In this document: piece after piece, positions 9,490-18,494 of the stretch
Layout: the number at the start of each line of letters is the position of its first letter
Position numbering within the stretch: position 1 is the first letter of the stretch
Program-made: the position numbers and the translations under genes
Notes under the pieces: model-generated
Database searches by the model: none
What the model was told of the DNA's origin: nothing
The model's input: the letters and a program-made list of their open reading frames with translations, nothing else
DNA from: Candidatus Iainarchaeum sp.
GTDB lineage: Archaea > Iainarchaeota > Iainarchaeia > Iainarchaeales > GCA-2688035
DNA length: 64,000 nucleotides
Reading direction: 5' to 3'
Assembly: GCA_017610205.1 (NCBI GenBank)
Contig: JAFCCL010000002.1
Location: 71,481 to 135,480, forward strand

Positions 9490-10185
9490 TCACTTCTCCA
9501 AAATTTTTGTTTCAACATCACCATGGCATGTACCGTTCAAGTCGTTCAAAAAATCCTGCCTTAAACCCGCAGGCATTTCAACAACGGCAACAAGGTTTCC
9601 GTTGCCCTGCCATTCCTCTTTTAGCAATTTATACTTGTGCAATATGTGCTCGGTTTTTGCGGCATGAACTGCAGGAATCTTAATTGCAATCTTTATCTGT
9701 TCAAGGGAAATCGGAAGAATTTTTTTCAGCTCCTTCAAAATGCCCGAAACCTGCTCTTCAACACCTTTCATTTCATCAATCTTTATTTTGGCTTCAGCCA
9801 AAGCATTTTCAATTCTTTGCGGCGGATGCGGAGCATTTGTCTGAGGATTCATTGCATTTCTTGAAATAAACTCAATAACCTCTTTTACCCTGATATCCCT
9901 TATATGCCTTCTCTGCTCTGTTGTAAGCTGAACATTGCCCTGGTTGACAATCTTTTTGGCTATTTCAAAAACGTCGGTTGTTGCAAATGCCTTATTTAAG
10001 GCTTCAGGACTCTGCTCTGTTCCCTTTGCAGCATCTTTGAAAACCGTTTCCACAGCAAGCAAGTCTGAAAAATCTACAGGATTTCCTTTTCTCAGCTCAA
10101 GAGCAAGATCAGGATCTACAAGAATTTCAAACTTTTCTCCGTGGCTGTCAAACCTTGCGGTTACAGCATCTTCCAATTTGACCAT
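9490..10185 (-). CDS. sbds: SBDS/Sdo1 family ribosome maturation protein
   Basis: 231 aa. ARFDSHGEKFEILVDPD N-terminal signature, in the canonical position between psmA and rrp4. Confidence 0.8.
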   Translation of the reverse strand: MVKLEDAVTARFDSHGEKFEILVDPDLALELRKGNPVDFSDLLAVETVFKDAAKGTEQSPEALNKAFATTDVFEIAKKIVNQGNVQLTTEQRRHIRDIRVKEVIEFISRNAMNPQTNAPHPPQRIENALAEAKIKIDEMKGVEEQVSGILKELKKILPISLEQIKIAIKIPAVHAAKTEHILHKYKLLKEEWQGNGNLVAVVEMPAGLRQDFLNDLNGTCHGDVETKILEK

Positions 10186-10206
10186 TGGTCAAAACTCCTT
10201 TTCATT

Positions 10207-10932
10207 TTATTTTTTCCCTAAAATAGATTTGAGCTTTTGAAGTGAAATCCTTTCAAAAGGTTTTTCTTTTTCAACAAAAGCAAAATCCAAACTATTAACA
10301 TCAAATTTTCTCTTTTCTCCAAGACCTTTTTCCAAAGCCTTGAGAGCAAGAGCAATTGCAGAATCAAAAGAAAACCCTTCCTTGAAATTCTTTTCAAGAA
10401 AATGCATTGCCTCCTTTTTTCCCTTTCCAATTGTAATTGCAGTATATTCTGCCAGTGCCCCACTTGGCTCTGTTTCAAAAAGCCTTGAGCCTGTCTGGTC
10501 AACTCCGCCAATAATGAATGAAACCCCAAAAGGCCTCATTCCAGCATACTGGGTAAATAATTGTTTTATTCCTGAAACCTCTTTTACAAGTGTTTCAACC
10601 TGAATGTCTTCCTCGTAGTACATTTGATTTTCCTGTGCTTCTTTTCGTGCAAGCTGAACAAGCCTTCTTGCATCTCCGACCAAACCAGAGGAAATTGCTC
10701 CAATGTGGTGGTCTATTTTGAAAATTTTTTCAATGCTGTATGGCTTCAAAAGCTTGCTTGTAACATTTTTGTCTGCTCCAAAAAGCACACCGTTGTTGTA
10801 AGCCATTGCCAGTCCAAGCGTTCCCTGTTCCACAATCTTGCTTGCGTATTCAACCTGATACAGCCTTCCATCAGGACTAAACATTGTACTAACTCTGTCA
10901 TATGCACTGCTTTTTCTAGAACCAGGATACAT
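10207..10932 (-). CDS. psmA: Proteasome alpha subunit
   Basis: YDRVSTMFSPDGRLYQVEYA N-terminal signature. Confidence 0.9.
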   Translation of the reverse strand: MYPGSRKSSAYDRVSTMFSPDGRLYQVEYASKIVEQGTLGLAMAYNNGVLFGADKNVTSKLLKPYSIEKIFKIDHHIGAISSGLVGDARRLVQLARKEAQENQMYYEEDIQVETLVKEVSGIKQLFTQYAGMRPFGVSFIIGGVDQTGSRLFETEPSGALAEYTAITIGKGKKEAMHFLEKNFKEGFSFDSAIALALKALEKGLGEKRKFDVNSLDFAFVEKEKPFERISLQKLKSILGKK

Positions 10933-11107
10933 TAAAAATCCCTCAAAAAATTCCTCTTCTTTCTCTTTTTCTCTACTTTATAATTTTAATAACGGAAGTT
11001 ATAAAAAGGTTGTTAAAAAGCTACAAAACACAAGAAAACCAGCAATTTCCAACAATAAGAAAGATTAATTAAAGCAGAAGGGATGAAATTATTAAAGGAG
11101 AGAAAAA

Positions 11108-12247
11108 ATGACTGCAAAGAAGGTAAAAAAAAGAGCAACAAAAGGAACAAAACGCAGAAGACGTTATCTAACAGAAAGAAAAGCAGCAATGCAAATGAAC
11201 ACTATTTACAATATGTTCGAAAAAGGAAAAACAGTAAAGCAGATTAGAAAAAAGCTTGGAATGACATCCGGAAAGTTTAGTTTATATGTAAGTGTCTTAA
11301 GAGAAGGCACTAAAAGAACAAAACCGTCATTCATTCCACCAAAAGGAGTTTACAATTGGAGCAGGGCAAAAGCAAGAAGAGTAGAAAACCTTATAGAATA
11401 TGCAACAAAAATCATTAAGGGAGAAAAAGCTGCTAAAGCCAAACAAAGAAAGCCAGGTGTTGTGCCATGGGCATTGCCAAAAACAGTACATAGAAAAATA
11501 ACTACAGCGCTGATGAAAGACCCCTTCAGAAGCAGCAACGCAATATCAAAAGTGGAAGGAGCTAGCCCTAACACGGTTGTAAGGCAAAGAAGAATACTTG
11601 AAAGCAAAGGACTAATTCCAGTAGTAAGCAGAAGCAAGATAATGAAAAATGCAGAGAGAAAGCCTGAGAGGACAATAGATTATTTAGACAAAAAACGCAG
11701 GAAAACAATACTGGAGGAAAAGAAAAAGGCAATTGAATCAACGGCAAAACGTCTCTACAGAGAAAACAGAGTTGCGTTTGATGGAACAGATGCCCTGCCA
11801 GAACAAATACCTGAAGAAATAGCTGAAAGAATGGAGTGGAGGCTAAGAACATTTAATCCAAAGAACTGGAAGGGTTCAGAAAAAGTTAAAGTAAACAAGT
11901 TCTTTTATTCTGCACTAAGCAGCATTAAATTCGATATAAGAAGAACTGCTTGGAAACAATATTCAAGGCAAAAATTGGAATCGCTTGAAACAGGAATGGA
12001 AGAAAAACAAGACAGGAAACGTACTCTACAGGCAAAACCAGAATCCAAAGAAATCACAGTAAAACAACTGGAAATGATAAGCGATGGATTAAAATTAAAT
12101 CTTTTGGAAAAGGCAGTTTTGTTTGGACACGCAGCAGGCTTAACTGGGAGCAAAATAGCAGAAGTAACAGGATACAGTGAAGCAAGAATCAATCAAAAAA
12201 AATTCGAGTATCAAAAGAGAATACAGAAAATAATTTCAAAAAAGTGA
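11108..12247 (+). CDS. K/R-rich hypothetical protein with C-terminal sigma-70-region-4/NUMOD-like HTH
   Basis: 379 aa with a very basic N-terminus. C-terminus LLEKAVLFGHAAGLTGSKIAEVTGYSEARINQKKFEYQKRIQKI fits the r4-type HTH pattern. SD AAAGGAG precedes the ATG. Confidence 0.4.
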   Translation: MTAKKVKKRATKGTKRRRRYLTERKAAMQMNTIYNMFEKGKTVKQIRKKLGMTSGKFSLYVSVLREGTKRTKPSFIPPKGVYNWSRAKARRVENLIEYATKIIKGEKAAKAKQRKPGVVPWALPKTVHRKITTALMKDPFRSSNAISKVEGASPNTVVRQRRILESKGLIPVVSRSKIMKNAERKPERTIDYLDKKRRKTILEEKKKAIESTAKRLYRENRVAFDGTDALPEQIPEEIAERMEWRLRTFNPKNWKGSEKVKVNKFFYSALSSIKFDIRRTAWKQYSRQKLESLETGMEEKQDRKRTLQAKPESKEITVKQLEMISDGLKLNLLEKAVLFGHAAGLTGSKIAEVTGYSEARINQKKFEYQKRIQKIISKK

Positions 12248-12254
12248 ACGCTGT

Positions 12255-12611
12255 TCACCTGCCTTTCAAAGCCTTCAAAGTGCCGCTTGTTTTCAAAGTT
12301 TTTGCACCAGAAATTCCATTCAGGGTTTTTTTTACTTTTTCAAGGGATGCAAGTTTGCACCTCATAATCCCCTGACCTGTTTCTGGAATGAATTCAATAA
12401 ACCAGGTTCCAAGTTCTTTTCTTTCATCCTGTGGAAATTGTCCAATAATCAAATCAAAAGCTTGCTTTCCTGTTTTTGGAATGGGGGTAAGGGTGAATAA
12501 AATATAACGCCTTTTTGGCCTCTGGCTTTTCTTTGCAAGTTTCCTTCCCTGTACCTTTTTTGCCTTTTGCTTTATTGGAGCAACCACATAGTCCTTATTT
12601 TCTTCACTCAT
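12255..12611 (-). CDS. RNase P protein component Pop5-like (Rpp14 family)
   Basis: 118 aa. RRYILFTLTP ... GIMRC ... C-terminal SGTLKALKG are Pop5 hallmarks. Confidence 0.5.
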   Translation of the reverse strand: MSEENKDYVVAPIKQKAKKVQGRKLAKKSQRPKRRYILFTLTPIPKTGKQAFDLIIGQFPQDERKELGTWFIEFIPETGQGIMRCKLASLEKVKKTLNGISGAKTLKTSGTLKALKGR

Positions 12612-13532
12612 TCAAAACACCAGGTTCCCGGTTATTAAAAAGTATATTGAGGAAATGATTAAAAGAACGCCGAGAAACCTTACAGCATAAACCTTTAGAG
12701 GTTCGTTTTCAGCTATGAGGGTGCTTTTGATTCTTGAAATTATGAAGGCAAGCGCGAAAACAAAGGCAGCCTGGCTTAAGACAAGGGCACTTGGAATTGT
12801 GTAAGAAAATTCATACGCTGAAAAAAGAAGCATCATTCCAGTAAAACCAATAAGCGATGCTGTAAAAGCAAAGGGAATTGTCCTGCGAAACTTTTGGACA
12901 AAATCTTTTTTTGCAGTACCGTTGAATAAGAAAATTGCAAAAATTGCAATTACCGGAAGCGTGAGAATATAACGCCAGGCCATAAAAGATGACGCAGCAA
13001 TTTCTGCAACAATTACTTTTACAGGAACATCTGCCAAAGCCCAGCTCAGGCTCATAAATATGGCAAGCAGCAAAAGCCTGTTGTTCAGCAAAAGTTTCTT
13101 GAGCGAAAGCTGTTTTGAATAAGTTGTCAAAACCGCGCCTGCAAAAATCAAAGCCATTAAGCCAAATTCCTTCAGGCCATAAAATTCGCTGAGAAAAATA
13201 AATGCAAGCGGGATTGCAAACAAAAGCTTTGTTTGAGCAAGTGGTCCAACGCTTGAAAGGTTATAGTTTTTTACAAGAAAAAAATAGATGAAAAACCCGA
13301 TGTTTGCTGCAATTGCAGTAAACAGAATGAGAAACATTGTGAAAAAAGTTGGAAACTGCAGTCCAAAAATCAGAATGGAAATTGTTGGAAAAAGAGCCAT
13401 TGCAAGAAATGACTGCATGAAAAAAAAGGAAGTTGAATTTTGCATTTTGTTTTCCAAAATGAATTTGTCAAAAATGGAACCAACTGCAAAAAGCAATCCT
13501 GCTGCAAGAGAAAACAAAAAAACAGGATGCAT
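12612..13532 (-). CDS. DMT/EamA-like 10-TM membrane transporter
   Basis: 306 aa with about 10 hydrophobic helices in two repeated halves. Confidence 0.4.
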   Translation of the reverse strand: MHPVFLFSLAAGLLFAVGSIFDKFILENKMQNSTSFFFMQSFLAMALFPTISILIFGLQFPTFFTMFLILFTAIAANIGFFIYFFLVKNYNLSSVGPLAQTKLLFAIPLAFIFLSEFYGLKEFGLMALIFAGAVLTTYSKQLSLKKLLLNNRLLLLAIFMSLSWALADVPVKVIVAEIAASSFMAWRYILTLPVIAIFAIFLFNGTAKKDFVQKFRRTIPFAFTASLIGFTGMMLLFSAYEFSYTIPSALVLSQAAFVFALAFIISRIKSTLIAENEPLKVYAVRFLGVLLIISSIYFLITGNLVF

Positions 13533-14074
13533 TAAAGTCCCTCCAAAGAAGGAGTTATGTCAAGATTGGAAAAAATTTCTTTTTCAAGCTGTTCAACCCT
13601 TGGCTTGCATTTTGCAATTTTGTCAAAGACAGTTTTTTCTTCACCATAGGTTTTAAGAAGATAATTAAAACGCTCTTGCAGTGAAACTATTTTGTCGTGT
13701 TTAACGCGCTTGTCGGCATAGTAAACAAGCTTTTCCTCCCAGGAAGAAAAAGAGTTTTTTTCAAGAACACGAAACAGTCTATGCTTTAAGGCAATCTCCC
13801 CAAGCCTTGGAAAACCCTCTGCTTCAAGTATTTTTTTGCTTAAGTGACCATGCATGTGAACAGTTTCACTGTCCAAAGTTTGAGGTTTGTCAATGTCATG
13901 CAATATTGCGCCTCTGCTTACAAGTTCTGTGTCAACTTTAATTCCTTTGGCATTGAATTTTTTTGCAAGAAATACAGCAATTTTTTCAACTGTCAGTGAA
14001 TGTCTGATAATGTGTTCAGGTAATTTGTGTTTGCAAAGAAGTGCAATGCATTCTTCCCTTGAAGGCAAAGGCAT
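13532..14074 (-). CDS. HD-domain phosphohydrolase
   Basis: HSLTVEKIAVFLA...GAILHDIDK HD motif. Confidence 0.7.
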   Translation of the reverse strand: MPLPSREECIALLCKHKLPEHIIRHSLTVEKIAVFLAKKFNAKGIKVDTELVSRGAILHDIDKPQTLDSETVHMHGHLSKKILEAEGFPRLGEIALKHRLFRVLEKNSFSSWEEKLVYYADKRVKHDKIVSLQERFNYLLKTYGEEKTVFDKIAKCKPRVEQLEKEIFSNLDITPSLEGL

Positions 14075-14121
14075 ATTAAATCAAAAAAATTAGGCTGAAA
14101 ACAATTAAAATAAGCGATTGT

Positions 14122-14727
14122 TTACTTTGCCTGCCTTTTCTTTGCTCTAAGAGAAGGCCTTACTTTTTCTGTTCCAAAACCCTTGTTTTTCAAACCACGA
14201 GATTTCTTTCCCTTGCTTGTAAGTCCTCTAAAAGCCCTTCCTTTCTGGTTTTTGCCACAAATCCAATTAATGTCTTTATCTGAAACAATTTCAGGAGCAT
14301 TTACGTCAACAAGAATTACCTCGTAATAGTGCATTTTTCCGTCGTCGCCAATATAATAAGAGTTAAGAATTTCACAATTTTTGAATTTTCTGCCAGCCCT
14401 TTGCTCCGCCATTGCCTGAATATTAAGCCTTCTTGTAAGCTTTTTGATTCCCATTCTCTTTGGCCTTCTTCCCATAGTAGGCCTTTTGTGCAAACCGCTT
14501 CCTTTTCTGATTCTAACACGAACAACAACAAAGCCCTTTTTTGCCTTGTAACCCAAAGTTCTTGCTCTTGCAATATTTGTTGGCTTTTCAAGGCGGACAA
14601 CTGCAAGCTTTTCTTTCCTGAATTCAATTAAGCGATCTCTTTGAAGAGCCTTATAATTAAACAAATCGTCCTTTTCGCCCTTGAATTCCTTTTGGAACGT
14701 TTCCTGAATATGCTTTGCTGCACCCAT
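14122..14727 (-). CDS. rpl15e: Ribosomal protein L15e
   Basis: 201 aa. Typical L15e sequence (GYKAKKGFVVVRVRIRKG..., YYEVILVD). Confidence 0.9.
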   Translation of the reverse strand: MGAAKHIQETFQKEFKGEKDDLFNYKALQRDRLIEFRKEKLAVVRLEKPTNIARARTLGYKAKKGFVVVRVRIRKGSGLHKRPTMGRRPKRMGIKKLTRRLNIQAMAEQRAGRKFKNCEILNSYYIGDDGKMHYYEVILVDVNAPEIVSDKDINWICGKNQKGRAFRGLTSKGKKSRGLKNKGFGTEKVRPSLRAKKRQAK

Positions 14728-14795
14728 AAAAACTCACTTCAAAATTGCCTAAAAAAGAAGCATTTAAAGATTGATTTTCAATAAGAATTACTTGA

Positions 14796-15788
14796 TTGCA
14801 AGCTTTTTTAAAGGTAAACGTCATGGCAAACAAATGTATACAATGTGAAAAAAAAGCAACAATTTCTTTAGCCTATGGTCCGCACAAATTCTGCAACAAG
14901 CACTTTTTGCACTTTTTTGAAAAAAGAGTTAGAAGAACAATCAGAGAAAACAAACTAATTAAAGGCAGGGAAAAAATAGTTGTTGCATACAGCGGAGGAA
15001 AAGACAGTGCAGTAACCCTTTTTTTATTAAACAAGATTTTTAGAAAAAGCAATCCAATTGAAGCCCTGCTTGTAGACGAAGGAATTCCAAAATACAGGGA
15101 CAAAGCACTTGCAATTGCAGAAAAAAACTGCAAAAAATGGAATGTGCCATTTAAGCGATTTTCATTCAAAGAAGAGTTTGGCTTTACAATGGTTGACGTC
15201 ATGCGAAAAACAGGAGCAAAAAAAGTTATTGGAAGCACCTGCGCCTACTGTGGGGTTTTAAGAAGGCAGATTATGAATAGGAAAGCAAGAGAAATGAATG
15301 CATGCAAGCTTGCCACAGGCCACAATTTGGATGATGAAACACAAAGCGTTTTGATGAATGTAATGGACGCAGACCTTGAAAGGCTTTTAAGAATTGGGCC
15401 ATTGAGCACTGGAGCAAAAAATATGGTTCCAAGAATAAAGCCATTGTACTATTGCCCTGAAAGGGAAATAATTGCCTTTGCAAAAATTGCAGGAATAAAA
15501 TATTTTGAGCAAAAATGCTGTCCGTTCAAATGGCAGGCTAAGAGAAATGACTTCAGGCAAATGGTTGAGGAATTTGAAGCAAAGTATCCCGGAACAATGT
15601 TTAGCACAGTAAAGTTTTTGAAGGAAGTAAAGGAAAGAACAGGAAAGAAAGCAGGAAAAGCCAGGAAAACAACAGGAAAGAATGAAGGGAGCAGCAAGAT
15701 TGAAACATGCTCAAAATGCGGAGAACCCTGCAGCGGAAAGGTTTGCAAAGCATGCAAAATGGCTGAAAGACTCGAGGGGAAAGGTTAA
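14796..15788 (+). CDS. PP-loop ATPase, tRNA 2-thiolation protein (TtuA/NcsA family)
   Basis: N-terminal CxxC Zn finger, SGGKDS PP-loop, C-terminal CSKCGEPCSGKVCKAC. Confidence 0.7.
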   Translation: MQAFLKVNVMANKCIQCEKKATISLAYGPHKFCNKHFLHFFEKRVRRTIRENKLIKGREKIVVAYSGGKDSAVTLFLLNKIFRKSNPIEALLVDEGIPKYRDKALAIAEKNCKKWNVPFKRFSFKEEFGFTMVDVMRKTGAKKVIGSTCAYCGVLRRQIMNRKAREMNACKLATGHNLDDETQSVLMNVMDADLERLLRIGPLSTGAKNMVPRIKPLYYCPEREIIAFAKIAGIKYFEQKCCPFKWQAKRNDFRQMVEEFEAKYPGTMFSTVKFLKEVKERTGKKAGKARKTTGKNEGSSKIETCSKCGEPCSGKVCKACKMAERLEGKG

Positions 15789-15806
15789 TTAAAATAAGAA
15801 AAATTA

Positions 15807-15915
15807 TGGGCCCGGTGAGAATCGAACTCACGGTCTCTGCCATGTCAAGGCAGCGTCATTAATGGGTTTCCTTCGCATAAAGCGAACAGAAACTAACCAC
15901 TAGACCACGGGCCCG
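15807..15915 (-). tRNA. tRNA-Val(GAC) with a ~36-nt non-canonical intron in the D-arm region
   Basis: Reverse complement reads GGGCCCGGTGGTCTAGTGGTTAG[TTTCTGTTCGCTTTATGCGAAGGAAACCCATTAAT]GACGCTGCCTTGACATGGCAGAGACCGTGAGTTCGATTCTCACCGGGCCCA. There is a 7-bp acceptor stem, an intact anticodon stem-loop CTGCC-TTGACAT-GGCAG, and a T-arm GTGAG-TTCGATT-CTCAC. Exact intron boundaries are uncertain. Confidence 0.6.
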
Positions 15916-15971
15916 TGTAAGGAAGTTTAATCCCGTCATATTTTTTAAAGTATTGGAATAGAACAGCCCAC

Positions 15972-17603
15972 TTATTTTTTTTTCCTGTTCTTTTTGCCCA
16001 TTTTTTCAATGTTTGAACCTATTGCTTTTGCAAAGTTTTTTTCAAAGGTGTCAAGCTCTGAAATTTTTTTGTCGATTTTTTCTGTTCTTAGGGCAAATTG
16101 TCTTTCAATTACCTGGCTTTGGTGATTCAGGTTTTTTATCCCTTGGTTGAACTTTTCAGCATTCTGCTGTATGGCTTCAACAAACTGTGCTTTGAATTCG
16201 TTTAGCTCCTGCATTTGCCTTTTAAATTCAGCTGGTTTAAAGTCAATTGTAATCTGATTGTGCAGTTCTTCCATTGCTTTAAGTTTTTTCTCAAGTTTTT
16301 TATCCAAAGAAAACCTTTCAAATTTTGCCTGGTGTTCAACTGCTTCAATGCTTTCCCTTTGCTCTTTTTCAAACCGGTCTCTTATTTCACGCAAATCTTT
16401 TGAACGCCTCTTGCTTTCGGCAATAAAATCAATTGATTTCTCTTCAAGCATTTTTGCAACACTGTTGTTAGCTTCTTTTACAAGACCTTCAACAATCTGA
16501 TTTTCAAGCTGCAGGGTCTTGTTTATTCTTGAATCCATTTCAATAAGCTTTTTGTTCATTTCTTCAACAAGTTGCTTGCTCTCAGTTCTGCTTTTTATAA
16601 GCTCTGTGTTTAGTGATGCAACAATACTCTCTTTTATTTTATTTATTTCTTCAAGCATTCTGGAAAGGCTTTGTGCTTCTTTTTTTGACCTTTCTTCCGC
16701 TTCTTTCAGGGAAGTTATTTGAGATTCAATATGTTTGTTTATGCCCCTCATTTCATTAAGCTTTAATTCAATCATGCCTGCAAAACTTTTTGCTTTGGCT
16801 TCAAGCTCTGCATCAACCTTGCTTACCAACAAAACACGTTGGCTGTCAAACAAAACCTTTATTTTAGCCATTTCCGTTTTGTTTGCCTTAGCAACCTTTT
16901 TGTCAAGCACATCATCAAGCTCATTTTTGATTTTGTTCATTTCAGCAAGCTTTTGGCTTACAGTTGCCATAATGCCTTTTTCCCAAAGCTTGCTTATTGC
17001 AATGTCTTCAACAAGATGCTGTTTTTTTTCTTCCGAAGCAAGAGGTTGTGTTTTTATGCCTGTAAATGATTTTTCCTCAAATGGCTTTGAAACAGGTGCT
17101 TCTGGAAAAAATTTTGCAGGTTTAGTTACAGGTTCAAACATACGGTGTTCGCCTGTCATAGCCGCTGCCTTTTCTTCAAGAAATTTTAAGGGCTCTTCTT
17201 CTGATTCATTGGTATGGTCTTTTTTTCCAATTTCTTCAAGGCTAAGCCCTTCAAAAATTTCCTTTTCTTTTACAGGTTCCTTTTTTTCCGGTTCAACCGC
17301 TTCTGCTGCAAGCTCTTCTGTTGCCTTTTCCCTTTCCTCTTCAACCTCTTTTGCCTTTTCCTCTTTTTCTTTCACGGTCTTGGCTGACTTTTTCTTAAAA
17401 TGGCTGAGAAAAGGAACTTCTTTTGCCACAGCCTTTTTCGAAGGCTCTGCCTGTTCAGGTTGTTTGGCTTCTGCAATGAGCTTTTTGGCATTCTCTTGGT
17501 CAATGCCAACTTCTTTCAAATTTAACACGATTTCCTTGTTTGAAACATTCAATGCGATAAGTTCTTTAATGCTTTTTAACAAAAGCTGTTTTTTGGAAAC
17601 CAT
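15972..17603 (-). CDS. Large K/E-rich coiled-coil protein
   Basis: 543 aa, heptad-rich and low complexity, with no recognisable catalytic motifs. Confidence 0.5.
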   Translation of the reverse strand: MVSKKQLLLKSIKELIALNVSNKEIVLNLKEVGIDQENAKKLIAEAKQPEQAEPSKKAVAKEVPFLSHFKKKSAKTVKEKEEKAKEVEEEREKATEELAAEAVEPEKKEPVKEKEIFEGLSLEEIGKKDHTNESEEEPLKFLEEKAAAMTGEHRMFEPVTKPAKFFPEAPVSKPFEEKSFTGIKTQPLASEEKKQHLVEDIAISKLWEKGIMATVSQKLAEMNKIKNELDDVLDKKVAKANKTEMAKIKVLFDSQRVLLVSKVDAELEAKAKSFAGMIELKLNEMRGINKHIESQITSLKEAEERSKKEAQSLSRMLEEINKIKESIVASLNTELIKSRTESKQLVEEMNKKLIEMDSRINKTLQLENQIVEGLVKEANNSVAKMLEEKSIDFIAESKRRSKDLREIRDRFEKEQRESIEAVEHQAKFERFSLDKKLEKKLKAMEELHNQITIDFKPAEFKRQMQELNEFKAQFVEAIQQNAEKFNQGIKNLNHQSQVIERQFALRTEKIDKKISELDTFEKNFAKAIGSNIEKMGKKNRKKK

Positions 17604-17688
17604 TCCAAATAGAATACGCCAACGGACTAAAAAAGGTTTTCCCCAAGCAAAAATGTTCTACTTTTCAATTGAAAAAAAGTAAGAAGGT

Positions 17689-17760
17689 TGAACCCTGCGG
17701 AAATTGAACCCGCGGTCTCCCAATTGCCAACCGAGCGTCATACCACTAGATTAAGAGCCC
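17689..17760 (-). tRNA. Degenerate tRNA-Ala(GGC)-like copy (probable tRNA pseudogene)
   Basis: 72 nt, about 85% identical to the tRNA-Ala at 18107-18178. It has 3 G.U pairs in the acceptor stem, a broken D-stem, and a weakened anticodon stem. Confidence 0.4.
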
Positions 17761-17917
17761 TTAAGTAAAAAAATAGTTTTGAGAAAGAGTTAAAAATGCG
17801 AACGAACTGAGTTCGTGTCATCGAGCCCAAGTGAAATGTGTCATTGAGTCCAAACGAAGATGGCACTCTGACCAGCCGGCAGTGGCGGCTCCCACACCAG
17901 CCAAGCGTGACGGCTTT

Positions 17918-18107
17918 GGACCCTGCGGAAATTGAACAGCCTTTTAGAAAAAGGCTGGCTAAAATCACAACTACCACAAGGAACCCATTTCGCTTGGGCT
18001 CAATGGGTCAGTGGACCCTGCGGGAATTGAACAGCCTTTTAGAAAAAGGCTGGCTAAAATCACAACTACCACAAGGAACCCATTTCGCTTGGGCTCAATG
18101 GGTCAGT
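17918..18107. repeat. Two perfect-to-near-perfect 95-bp tandem units, each ending in the 3'-terminal 20-mer of tRNA-Ala
   Basis: Units start at 17918 and 18013; the third 20-mer starts at 18108 and begins the tRNA. Each unit contains an 8-bp hairpin (AGCCTTTTagaAAAAGGCT) and a 7-bp stem (ACCCATT...AATGGGT). Confidence 0.85.
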
Positions 18108-18178
18108 GGACCCTGCGGGAATTGAACCCGCGGTCTCCCGATTGCCAACCGAGCGTCATACCACTAGACTAAGGGCCC
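18107..18178 (-). tRNA. tRNA-Ala(GGC) with G3:U70 identity pair
   Basis: Reverse complement reads GGGCCCTTAGTCTAGTGGTATGACGCTCGGTTGGCAATCGGGAGACCGCGGGTTCAATTCCCGCAGGGTCCA. Anticodon loop is TTGGCAA. CCA is not encoded. Confidence 0.75.
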
Positions 18179-18247
18179 GTTTAGAATAAGTGGGTTTGGA
18201 AAATGTTTAAAAAAGCGCGGTAGCTTCAAAGTATGATTAAAGCAACT

Positions 18248-18466
18248 TTAAGCGCTTATGAGGACTACGCTGTCGCCTCTAACCATTAGTTTTCCGTATT
18301 TGGTTTTTGGTTCGCCGTTTTCAAGCTGTGTTGCGTTGTCCAAGACAAGATTTAGGTGAACGTCAAATGCCTTTAGTGTTCCGCTTATTTGTATATTTCC
18401 TTTGAGCAAAATAAGTATTTCTTTTCCAAGCGCTTCGTTGAGCATGTCAAATGGTCTGTTTGCCAT
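18248..18466 (-). CDS. Sm-like archaeal protein (SmAP/LSm)
   Basis: 72 aa. GTLKAFDVHLNLVLDNA...VRGDSVVLIS Sm1/Sm2 motifs. Confidence 0.85.
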   Translation of the reverse strand: MANRPFDMLNEALGKEILILLKGNIQISGTLKAFDVHLNLVLDNATQLENGEPKTKYGKLMVRGDSVVLISA

Positions 18467-18494
18467 AATTGTTTTTCCCCCTTGTCTTTTGCAA

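Noticed and set aside
17763-17917. GC-rich 155-bp spacer between the tRNA-Ala copies examined as a third tRNA or split-tRNA half.
   Set aside because: No acceptor/T-arm pairing or anticodon stem could be built. Only a local hairpin (CGAAC-GAACTGA-GTTCG) is present.
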